The notes beneath the pieces were generated by a model that worked only from the letters and a program-made list of their open reading frames with translations, did not search any database and was not told where the DNA came from. Of a DNA stretch of 64,000 nt, positions 24,431 to 35,554 are shown piece after piece. Position 1 is the stretch's first letter. The number at the start of each line of letters is the position of its first letter. Origin of the DNA: Hydrolagus affinis (Eukaryota); the NCBI GenBank assembly GCA_012026655.1, contig JAAILG010000022.1:124001-188000 (forward strand). Direction: 5' to 3'. The position numbers and the translations under genes are program-made.

Positions 24431-25399
24431 AATTACAAATGTCAGTGTTGATCTGCAGATCAGGACCATGAAGCTATCTCTTCAGACAGTTAATTCACTG
24501 TGTACTATGTCAAGACTGAGGGGGTTATCTCTTCTTAAAGGCAGACTTATTGGTTACCTCCCTTTCCTGCTCAACCTCATCCTACTCCTACTCTATTTTT
24601 GGAATTCTTGTCTAACAGCCAATTAACTTGTATCACTATGGTAACCACGAATGTTGAAATTCTTACTCCCATGATTAGCCCCTTTATATTAGAAAGACGG
24701 TTGCAGAGTAGGTATGACACAGTCACAGCCAGCTATGTACAACAGAAAGGGCTATCCAGTCCTTTTAGCTCATTTCTATAATTGAAGTACTGTACATGCA
24801 CAGAATTTACATACACTATTTTTATCCCCCTCCTTCCTTGCTGCCAAACCTGTTCCTACATGTTCAATGAATAATCTGTCTGTTTCTTGAGACACTGAGC
24901 ATCTTATCTCAGCTATTTGTTGACAGCTATTTCAAAGAACTGGTTTGGAGTCAATGACACATCAGTCAAATTTCTCCCGTGTCAACATTTGATGCCTCGT
25001 GTGTCACGTTAGCCATTTAAATTCTAAATCCTTAATACGTAGCGACATTAGTATCCTATGTAGATTAATCTTTGATCATACACAGTTTGGAAGGCATTTT
25101 TTTTTAAAAACATGGAGTTTGCAACAATGAAATAGGCAGATTATAACACGAGTAGCTACCAAATTGGAGCCAGGTAGTGATGATTAATAATGGATTGATA
25201 TTCATGTTTCCAAATTCTATCTTGCTTAGAAAAATATCTGATAAAGTTTTTTCACTTTTGTAAGTGAACTAATTGAATAAACAGTTTAAATTTAATATTG
25301 AATATTAAATTTTGCTGTATCAATCAGTGGCTTTATAGAGGAGCTCACACTGAAAAGCCCGTTCAGTTGTGTGCTGGCAGATGTACAGGGAACAGGGGA

Positions 25400-25520
25400 C
25401 AGAGTGTGATAGAGGCTAGGATCCTGAACTCATTTAAACAACAGCTTGATGCATTAAAGGCAAGACGTGGGTAATCTGGAAGCATGAGATCAAATGGGCT
25501 GAAGGGCCTTCTTTAGTTTA
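25400..25520 (+). mobile_element. CR1-like LINE 3' end fragment
   Basis: gatagaggct...catttaaacaacagcttgatgc...aaatgggctgaagggccttct resembles the CR1 3' terminus (recalled). Confidence 0.5.
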
Positions 25521-25827
25521 ACCATCGCTCTGAGCTTGTGAACGATGTCTGGCTCTGTCCCAAAAATAATATTTACTAATAAGGAATTGTTTTCACAGTT
25601 AGAAAATGCCTTAAGTGAAACTGCCTCCTTGCTGCTTCACAAAGACTATTCAGATGAGTTTGTAAGGCAAACAAATACATACACACACATTCTCTTCCTC
25701 CACGAACGGTTATGCAGAGCAGCAGCCTTCAAGAATAGTGATTGACTGTATTTAGTTTGCGGAAATAGACTAAAGCGGCGAGTGTTGATTAATCTTATTA
25801 ACAATCTTACAAAAATAAAAGCTTTAC

Positions 25828-25864
25828 CATGTTTCCCATAGTAGTTTTCCTCTTCAGGGATCAT
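25828..25864 (-). CDS. SLC44A5: SLC44/CTL first coding exon (37 coding nt, ATG at 25864, phase 1 donor)
   Basis: ggaaagc ATG ATC CCT GAA GAG GAA AAC TAC TAT GGG AAA CAT G|gtaaag = MIPEEENYYGKH(G). YYGKHG and the 12-codon+1 length match the N-terminus of human SLC44A2 isoform MGDERPHYYGKHG (recalled). In frame with exon 2; A at -3. Confidence 0.88.
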
Positions 25865-26090
25865 GCTTTCCAAAGGGTTGCTGAAACAATTGAGTCACTT
25901 CCTGAATGCTGTACCTTTTCCTACCTTTTCTTCCTTGCACAACTGATCTCTGGAAACTAGTTAATATTTAGCAGAGGGAGAAGAAACAGTTTATCACACA
26001 GAGCTCTGCCTGGTGGTTTTGGTATGCTTACTGGAAAATTCTTGGTGTGGGCAGTGAGGGCTGGACGTGTGCGGAGAAAGAATTCAGACT
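25865..26090 (-). promoter_or_regulatory. Probable 5'UTR/proximal promoter of the YYGKHG first exon
   Basis: Lies directly upstream of the ATG. Contains an overlapping ETS+AP-1 motif CAGGAAGTGACTCA (25891-25904), an HNF1-like GTTAATATTTAGC (~25960-25972) and a KLF-like GGTGTGGG (~26044-26051). The TSS cannot be determined. Confidence 0.4.
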
Positions 26091-26905
26091 ACTGATTGTT
26101 AAACAGTAACTTCTCACACATTCAGGGGGTGTTGTTGGAAGCAATATTCCCTTAGGTTCTGCCGTTCGAAAGGAAAATCTTTCATTTTCAAAAATTGCAG
26201 GCTGGTTCTTACCACTAGTTCAGATGTGGATAGAGCTCTTCAAGTTACTATAACAACAGCAATGTATTTATATAGCGCCCTTTACGGGATCTCCGATCGA
26301 GTTAAAAGATGAGGTAGACCTTGTAGAACCAACAATTTGTTCTTTTGCTGACTTTCCTCCTAAACTCACAGCAATTTTTGCTACTTTACGGATTAGAATG
26401 TCCCATAGTGAAAGTCACAAGGTTACAGTTTGTTTACTGTAAAAATGTTAGCTAGAAAGAAAATTTGTGTTTTGATGCCTTTCTCTACAATGCTAACATT
26501 AGCAATTTAACTTTCTTTTAAATTGCACATCCTACAAAACAGTCTCTCTACACTTTGCAAGAAATCCTGCGAAGCACTTTTTGACATTCTCCCAATACGA
26601 AAAAGGATCTATATCAAATGCAAAGATTATTATCACCATCATTTTTGTGAAAAGTTACAAGAAAGTTCAGTGCATCATGGGTTAATGTCACAAGTCTATA
26701 TTACTCAGCAGGTTCCATTCATATCCGTCAGCAGACAGAATTGCAACCTGCTGTGTAACTTGCTGCTTTTAACATTTGAACTGTGTGTTATGCACGTTTT
26801 CCCTTGGCATATTAAAATTCTACGCAGCTGAAAAACAATAAACGGAGAATTATTCTAAGACAGTAAAAGTAGGCCAGTGTTTTGGTTTTCATTCTCATTT
26901 TCTAG

Positions 26906-27854
26906 CAATGTTATGCCAACAAATTAATCATGTGGTCCACAGGAAGTCATTATGAGAAAAGCATCAGTGTGTACTAAAGAAGCTCCCTTTATAATAGTAT
27001 GTACTAAAGAAGCTCCCTTTATAATCCTCTAGAATTAAAATGCTTTCAAAATGTATTTAAATCTCATTCAGAAGATACCTTGTGAAGCAGGAATGCTTTG
27101 TGTTGTTCCCCTTTGTTCCACTTTTGAATCCAGTTGCTACTATACTTAAACAGGACGAGAAGGCAGACTTCAAGAATTGAACTGTGCAAAGGTCCAGTGT
27201 GGAATGCATATTCAAATTTCAAATGACTGTATTCCCTTAAGATGTTAGGTTCCATTTGAAGTGAAGCAAGTTAGATAGGTGATTTAAGTCACAACTAAAG
27301 AGGTAGTTTTATGAAGTTCAAGGTCTGGGAGGTGAGTTCTGGTGCTCTTCAACCTGAAGGATGATGATGTTTGATGATAAATCATTCACTTAATGTCTGA
27401 ACCAAGTATGGTACAGGTTAGATCTAGGGCACAGTATCCTCTGGAGATTGGTCTAATGATTTCCCTTGGCCTTAACCTAGAATGGCGAGCCTTACAGGAC
27501 GCAAAAATGACATTTCCATTTATTTCACTCACAATCCTTAAATGTCTTGCTTTCTTTGAAAGTTCATTCAATATCCCATTCCAAATTTTGGCTAATTTTC
27601 CATCACAGGTTCAAATCCTTTTGGTTTAGTTGGTACAGTATTGCTATATATAGCCTCTGCATCAGAAGGCTTGAGCCCCACATTACAGCTAACCCCTAAA
27701 TCCATGCTGACTCTTCAATACAGTGCTGTTACAACAGTTGGTGTTGGTGGTGTAATCACGACTAAAATTCTGCTCTAGATAACACATGAACCAATTAAAT
27801 AGACTTATAATGACTTCCTGTGGACCATGTGATTGATCTGTTGACATAAAATTG
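26906..27854. repeat. 51-bp inverted repeat pair (26906-26956 and 27804-27854), possible TIRs of a ~950-bp non-autonomous DNA element
   Basis: 44/51 identity with a perfect 21-nt core TGGTCCACAGGAAGTCATTAT; no clear TSD. Confidence 0.8.
26966..27025 (+). repeat. 30-bp tandem duplication (2 copies, 1 mismatch)
   Basis: agtgtgtactaaagaagctccctttataat followed by agtatgtactaaagaagctccctttataat. Confidence 0.95.
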
Positions 27855-27865
27855 AAAAACAAAAA

Positions 27866-28042
27866 AAGTGATCACTCAATTCACGACTGTTTGTGGGACA
27901 CTGCTGTGAGCAATTGGCTGCTGCTTTTTGTCTACAAAATACAATCAATCCACTTTACAATACATTCCGTGAAGTTCTTTGAGAGGTTTCAATGACGTGA
28001 TCAGACGCTATGTCAAATGCATGGGTTATTATTAGTAATAAT
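27866..28042 (+). mobile_element. SINE family A, 5'-truncated
   Basis: tcactcaattcacgactgtttgtgggacactgctgtg...gtcaaatgcatgggttattatt. Confidence 0.85.
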
Positions 28043-28905
28043 AAGAATTCAGTAAAGAAGTTGCTTGATCAACTGAGGGTGCTTTCATTTGGCAAAGGAA
28101 AAGTTTTGAATCAATGTCAGTGATCGACCATGCAGAGCTACTGATTAGTTTGTATCCTCTCTCATTCCATCGTTCTTCATGGCTTATTGCTTTCTGCCTA
28201 GAGCATAACTGTCCACCATCATTGTGTGGTTGGAGGGTGTCTTTCAACTTAAAAATCTACAGCTTCCATTTACTGAGCACCTTTTTTACATTACAGAATG
28301 TGTCAAAGCAGATGTAGTGATGCACATTGAACAGTGAAATGAGAGATTTAAGAATGTGGCTATCCACTGGAGGGGACCATCAGAAGCAATTCCAGAAGAT
28401 AAAGGGAGGGAAGTGGACCATGGAGGAAATGTGATAAAGAAAAATAGAGTGGAAAATTGTGGAGCTTTTTACCCAAAGCATCATGTTAGTTAGAGACAGT
28501 TTGAGGGTGAAATTAAATTGGTTGCTATTGAAGTCCTGATGATACTGTAATGCTGGAAGATAAACAATGTCACTTCCACCACGCATCTTTTTAAGGACTA
28601 ATGGTTATGTTAAAGTTTGAAAAGTATAATTTTAATGCAAGTAAAACAAAATCTTGTGGATATATCTTATCTGCATTCAATACTGTTGCAAAGTAATAGA
28701 GTAATCACATATTTGGTCCACTGTAGTTGTGTTTGTAGCCTAATGATGTATTAAAGGCTGTTGCTTTCATTAAATCTGAGAGATTTGCATCTGTTTTGCT
28801 TAATGTAAGATTGTGTTTATTGGAAGGTTGTCATTTTATTGTTTTTTTCCCCCCTTTTTACTGAAATTTGACTGTGGAGGAGGGCCTTAGCTAGCCTGAG
28901 TGAAA

Positions 28906-29033
28906 GCTGTGCGCAAATGGCTGTTACGTTTCGCCCACAAAATATTCAGTCGATTCACTTTACAGTATATTCAGTGAAGTACTGTGAGACGTCTCAACAA
29001 TGTGATGATGCAATATATCAAATGCAAGGATTA
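28906..29033 (+). mobile_element. SINE family A 3' fragment
   Basis: gctgtgcgcaaatggctg..tttcgcccacaaaat..ttcactttacagtatattc...atcaaatgcaaggatta. Confidence 0.85.
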
Positions 29034-30366
29034 CTTTGTGCCACAACTCATGACTGTCCAATAGAACTTGAGAAAATGGTTTCACACAGGTTCACCACCT
29101 ATCACATCTACCTCACAAATAAGTTCCTGCAAGTATTCTGACTGTCAATTCACAAATGTTCTATTTAGTTTACCATATTTATTTAGAATTGCTTTATAAT
29201 TTTAAATCCATCCCCCAATAGTTCAGTGGATATAAGCAAACATGGGCCTAAGCAAGGGAAGGCCTTTATTTCTATTTATTTTGTCACTTTCCCATCCAAG
29301 GGAATTTGAGGCAATTTGTGAAATTTTTGTTTAATTTTGTTTATCCCTCAGAATTCAAGCAACTACAGTACGATAAAATAACTTCTGAGTATTGGTGGGG
29401 CTCAGTCTTTATGCCCAGGTAGGAGTCAAGTAAGCCATGTGAAATTACTGACACGTTGAAAAGCTTAGCTTGAAAATCTTCTCAGCTGTGAAGAGAACGA
29501 AACTGACAGGGTCAACCCAGAGTCATCTCAAACTCAATTTATTGCAGCACTGAGTCACAAAGTATGCCTTTCAACTTTGAAAAGATGGTATCATAAGTTA
29601 AGCTGGTGGTTTTAGGAAGATTTTGAGCATCTATCTGAGGAGGTTTTGCCAAAATGCCTAGACAGATTTTATATAATTCCAGGTTAAATACAAAACAGTT
29701 GTAGTATAGAATTAATATCTATTGAAGCTGATCGCAAATCAACCAGCCAGTAGCCCATCTATACTGAGGTTTCAACTGAAATCGGATTATACTGCCTAGT
29801 AAATGAAACATCTTCGCAAGAAATGTGCTTGAATAAATAGTGAACATATACTTGGCAGATAATGTGTTTTTTTGTTTTACTGAAGAGTGCATTTCGGGGA
29901 GGCTGACACTGCTTTATGATTGTGATAGTACATCCTGCTAAACTAGTTTTTCCATCACTGGTACAGCACGAATATACTGCAACACATTTTCTATTTGATT
30001 GAGTTTTTATTTATGATATTTAAGATTATCCTTAGCATTTAAAGCTCTGTTATTTTTCACAGAGAGCAAATGTTTATAGTATCCATGGATGTAACAATCT
30101 ACCTTAAGTACATTTTCTTATTCCAGCCAAATCAATGTTAATAAAGGGTTTTGAATTAAAAGCAACCGCAATGTGCAAACAATTTAACTGAATATGTTCA
30201 CAGTGCTTCAAACCCTTAATTTGGGGATTCCACAAAAGATACTTTGTCACAATAATCACAGGAAAAAATGAATCCTGGCTGTTCAATTTATTCTATACAG
30301 GAAATATATCCACATCAAAATTTAAAGTAAAATCTAAATTTGTCCATCGGGAGTTTTTTATATAAA

Positions 30367-30663
30367 ATAAAATTGGTCAACTAACTTCATGACAGTTTGT
30401 GGAATGTTGCTGAGCTCAAATTGGTTGCACTTTCCCACAAAATATTGCACACACAATTAACTCCTTGCACTGATCCACATGTCTCTCTACACTCTAATCT
30501 ACAAAGGGTACATTTTGCCAAGAGGTAGATTACATATCTAATACAGTAGTATAGTAATAATTCTTGTATTTGATATACCACATTGCATGTCGCACGGACA
30601 TCTCAAAGCGATTCAATAATAAACTGTAAACTGTAGCAAATGTGCATATTGTCGGCAAAACGA
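30367..30663. mobile_element. Two degraded SINE A-like fragments in opposite orientation (+ ~30367-30460; - ~30552-30663)
   Basis: aaattggtca..catgacagtttgtggaatgttgctg; taataattcttgtatttgatata..gacatctcaaagcg. Confidence 0.6.
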
Positions 30664-32499
30664 GTCACTTTTTGAAACTCACTATACTTGTGGTGGATAG
30701 TTAAATTGTTTACTTATTCTTGTGGAAGGTTGTTTTGGTTGATACAGTGTGTAGAATATTGGAAGCTGGGAGTAAATAATAAAATGTATTCAAAGAATTC
30801 AAGTGATCTTCGCCATGAGATCTGAGCTCCTATGATTTGTAGACGTCATTGAACTAAGAGATTAAATTACATCTTTTTCTACATTCTCTGTACCATCTGC
30901 AATAATATATTAGGGTCTCACTAAAATGAAAGCAGTACCAATTACATTTAAATGTAACTCTGAAATTAGATTCAAGCCTGAGAGCATATTTTCATTTCAT
31001 CGTTGCAGAATTGTTGGAAGCCAAGGAGAAATTTTGCAGAACTTTCCTATCAAAAGATTAAATAAGTGAGGCAGAATCCACGATCGGGCAAATTGAACAT
31101 GGTCCATGGAAGAAGTGACCTTAATAGACCAACAGCCTTTCCTTGTGGCATGATTCCTGTATTCTTATCTTCCAGAATAATATGGCATTATCCAAAGCAG
31201 TATAAAGCACTGAAAAATGATGGATACCTAGGAGCTTTCACCAGGTGGTAGTCTGATTGAATGTTTTATCACCGTGGCTTGCAGACCAAATGGATTAAGG
31301 CATTGAATATACACTGCAAAATGTAATGGATGATTTTATTCAGTTCTGGGGGATTTGGGGTGCTTGGTAGCTTGCAGAGCAGATGTCAATGCTTTGGTGC
31401 CCTGCAAGACTGAAGGACTAATGGTTGTGATGAGGTGCCTACAGGTTTATAGAAAATAGTTGATTGCTAGAAAATAATACAGCCAATAAAGTGTTTTTTC
31501 TACCACTGGTATTCTTCTACACAAGTGATCTATTTCTGGCTAAATTCAACGACACCGATATTTTTAAAAGAAAAACCTCTCAAATCTCTTTTCATAGCAG
31601 CTGCTATTGCAAAAAAAATCCTTCACACTTTAAATACATTCCAATGCTCCAAGTGACTGAATTATTAATTAAGGATAAGTAGTTAGGCTCCTAAATTCAA
31701 TCGTGGTTTAATAAAATTATTTATCAGTTTTCTGCTGAAGTCAAGTTCACATCTTCAGGGTGTTCCTGTTTCTGAAATAGTGAAGTATTGACCCTCCAAT
31801 GAGAATGCCTAGGTTTTCAATCCCTGCCCATGGCTTTCCCCAGAGGATAGGTTTTAGCTGTCTCTTGTTGGGTCATGTGTGGAAATACAGAAAGGAGTGA
31901 TCCTTTTTGCTCGGTTTGGGCTTATGGGAATTTAGCCAAGGATTACCACTGACCGTGTCTCCAACAAATATACCACCTCCACCAACCACGGAGGATAGAG
32001 TGTACACAAAGGGAGGTTATAATTGGGGGTAAACAACGGAAGGAAATGCAGAAACACCACCAGTAAAGTTATTGTAAGCAAAGCAAAACAAATGTGTAAT
32101 ACAGTATGTGTATTTTTACATGTGCTTTTGCACACAGCTTATTTTTGGAAGCTATTACGTTGTATTTTGATTTGCAAAGATACCCATTCTCCCAGGTTCT
32201 GCTGTATAATCTGAGTCACCAAAATGCATCTGAGTTGTATATCAACAATGCTATGATGGACATCCGGTCGTCTTCTCAGATCTTCTGGTTCCCTGATGAG
32301 GACAATGGGGTCTAAACTGTGAGACTTGCAAAAGAACTAGAGAATAGCAAATCCCGAATATGTTACACGGTTGACCTCTGGAACTCCACTTGGAATACAA
32401 CTTCATAGAGATCAAATCTCACAATTCAGACCCAATAAGCAAGCAGTGACTTTAATTTAACCCATTACTTATCCATCAAGTAGCATGCACATCGTCTTG

Positions 32500-32986
32500 T
32501 AGTGTCCGGCGATATATCAATATATCGGTTATATCGATATAATTTTTCATATCGATATACTGATATCGGAAATTTGAATATATCGGTATATAGAAAAATT
32601 CGGTATGAAAAAAAATTGGTATATCCACAAAATATCGGTATATCATCAACAAATGCCACGTTACAATATACAGAAAATATACAACCAAAGGTTCAAATGC
32701 CCATTACGCTCCCTTAAACTAACAAAAAACCATAGGTAGCATTTAACTGACCTTGTCGCCGGCATTGCAAACCTCCTGGGTGTAGAGCACGTATATCTGA
32801 ATGTGCGCGCATCCCCCTTCTTCCCTTCTCCCCACCACCAAACACAATCAGACATGCGCAGACTGGTCATTCCCCCTCCTCCCACTAAACACCATTTTCG
32901 CACATGTGCACAAGATACATCGGTGTATATTGATATGAGCCCATCGATATATCGATATCGGAAAATTTCCATATCAACGGACCCTA
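32500..32986. mobile_element. Non-autonomous hAT-type DNA transposon (MITE), 487 bp, with 8-bp TSD
   Basis: Left end TAGTGTCCGGCGATAT; right end reverse complement TAGGGTCCGTTGATAT. Flanks TCGTCTTG (32492-32499) and CCGTCTTG (32987-32994). Subterminal arrays of CGATAT/ATATCG. Confidence 0.88.
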
Positions 32987-33072
32987 CCGTCTTGCTATGA
33001 CACATTCACCAAAGTAAAACTATCAAAGTTTCACTCTGAACCCTGTAGGCATTAAAGATGTGATAACTGGCA

Positions 33073-33222
33073 TAATAATAACAATAATATTTGATATAGT
33101 GTCTTTTCACCTCTTCGAGGCGTCTCGAAGAGCTTCACAGAATATACTGTAAAGTGAATTGACTGGAATTTGTGGGCAAAACGTGGCAGCCAATTCCATA
33201 TCATGAATTGAGTGAAGCCACA
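33073..33222 (-). mobile_element. SINE family A 3' half
   Basis: ttgatatagtgtcttttcacctcttcgaggcgtctcgaagagcttcacagaatatactgtaaagtgaattgactg. Confidence 0.88.
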
Positions 33223-35494
33223 TTTTTTTAAAAACAACCTGGAAAAGCGATCCACCAATCGACTGACAACCAGGTTCCAATTTACTGCTAGCTAAACAGA
33301 GGCATGTGGAGTAAGAAAGCTTGCCCAACATTTCAGTATGCAGGAAGTGCATTTTCTTCTACCTTTCAGTTAAAATTAGTGTTTTATTGTGGAGCCTTAA
33401 TTGCTTTCTTCTAAATCAGTTCTGTGTGTATCATCACACAGCAGATGTGGGAGTTCCAAGACTAATGGTTGAATAGATCTGCCCTAATTGTGATACTGTA
33501 ATCATTGAGGCGTAGCACCTATAATCATGAAACTCTAGTGAAAGGCTTTGTTTTTGTGTGTGTTGAAGATGTAAAATCACTAATAGTACGGACATTCACC
33601 ACCTTCTTTTAATTAAATGCGCAGAAACTCATACCAATATCGTAAATTTATATTTTTAAATGGGTGAATTGGAAAGCTGAGAGCCGCGTTCATACGTGGA
33701 ATGGAAGCTGCTGAAAATGTTTCTTCAATTTGCAATTTTCTTTGTTATTTGGTAGAAATGGTGCAACTGAAGCCCTCCCACAGCTTGACGCTCAGCTTTT
33801 TGAAGCGAAAGACGGGAGTGAATGAGATCTACAATGCACTCATCAAACATAAATACCGCTGCTATTCACATACAGAGTGACATTCACACAGCTGACACAT
33901 ATAACAAGTTGTGTCATTCTGTCTAAATTAAAGTCACAACAAAACATTTTCAGACATCATAGTCAGCTTTTCTATTGTTTGAGCTTTTGGCCTCTGTGCT
34001 ATGATGCCAAATTCCATGATTTAAAGAGTATCCAGTGTGTCATTAACTCCTGACCAGTTTTTATGTATGCCGCCGCCAGTGACTAATCTTTTCAGAATGA
34101 AGTGGCATAAATATTAAATACTTGAGCACAAAATGGTGGCTAAAGTGAAGACCAAATTAACAGACCACCGACTTTTTAAATTTCTTAAAAATGACACACA
34201 AGAGATATTTTGAAGCAAACTAAATGTAAGCCTCTTTCACTGAGGGATTGGGCAGCACTCCTAAAAACAGTCTGGTTTTACCTTCATTGTGCTGTGCACA
34301 CATCAGTTATTGCATTAGTTCCTGAAGTGATCAGACTAAAGGTGGGCAAAAATGTATGGGTGCAAATGACACACCCATGACACTAATTTTTTTTTAAAAA
34401 GACGCCTTCTCTACAGTGGCAGGAAGTTTTCACCTCTTTCAATTAATTTTAAGTGGTGTTGACATTTAAAAATAAAATTGCTGTCCTTTAATTTTCAGTT
34501 AACAATTGGAGCACTAATAGATCTGTCCTTGGGAATTTTGCTTCTTTCAAAACTGCATAGCAGAGCAATAAAAGCAGCTGATTACATTTTCAATCTGATT
34601 ACTACTAACAGATTGTTGCCTTAGCAACATCTTATATTCTTTACCCCCAAATTAATTTGCACCACTTTCCTCAATTGCATTAAACTGAGCCAAAATAAAA
34701 AAAAAATGCAAGATCTATGGTGCAGATTAATAGATGGAAGGGAGTATTTAGTGTCCTAGAAGTGATATCAATTGCTATCCTTCTGTTGCAATACCTTTAG
34801 TTTGTAAAGCCTGGAGCCTTTTGAGAACTGATTTGAATGTTGAGGTTGCTTAATGTGTTATTAAACCCAAGCATGGGCAGTGATTTATGCTATGTTCAGA
34901 GGGACTCCTTCAAGCGATTGGATTATGGTCTGGGTGTGCTCTGGTAGCAGTTCAGAAGTGCTGTGTCAAGTAGTGAATTCAACAGTTGAGTTCTGGTTCA
35001 TTAGCTTGATAGTTTGTAGCAGTGTTCCACCTTCAAAGTGTGTCAACAGGAAACATGACTGTAGTGCCTATGTGTCAGGACACTTTGTCATTACATGCAT
35101 GAGCAAATGAGCCACCATTAAACCTAGCTGTGGCAGGAATTCTTCACTTCTGCATTGCAGAGAAGTTGCTGTATATATGGAATTCAATAAAGGACGTGAA
35201 ATGGGCCTGATTCTGACAGATTGGCCAATTTAATTTTATATTTATTAGCAGAGTCTTAAGCAATGTACCCAGCAGTTTGCTTACATCACCTTTGCCTCGA
35301 GTCTGATTTTCAATTGATAAAACCAACCACTGGGACGCATATTAAAAATCGAATTCAACAAAATTCCTAATGCTGGTAGTACGGGAGAAACTTGTTGGAT
35401 TAATGACTATATTTCTCTGATGAGTATATCTTATTTTAGAATTTTATTGTTCTTGCTTAGTTTGTTATTGACCTCATGATAGGGCAGATTTAGC

Positions 35495-35554
35495 CAGGGA
35501 CACAATATCTCATCCAGGGATTTTCTCCGGAAATCGAGACGTATGGTCACCCTA
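35495..35554. mobile_element. hAT-type terminal fragment
   Basis: Ends in gacgtatggtcacccta (reverse complement TAGGGTGACCATACGTC), a typical hAT terminus (recalled); no matching partner end or TSD. Confidence 0.5.

Larger units (their letters stand above)
289..25864 (-). other. SLC44A5: Partial multi-exon gene model (exons 1-3; introns ~11.9 kb and ~13.6 kb), continuing beyond the left edge
   Basis: Three GT-AG exons with consistent phases (1, 2, 1) give one continuous CTL N-terminal peptide. Confidence 0.88.

Noticed and set aside
25646-25873. 75-aa ORF as a standalone gene
   Set aside because: Only 25864-25828 is coding; the ORF starts at a TTG and reads through the splice donor into the intron.
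32465-33005. Cluster of overlapping Ile/Tyr/Arg-rich ORFs
   Set aside because: Artefact of the CGATAT repeat arrays in the hAT MITE.
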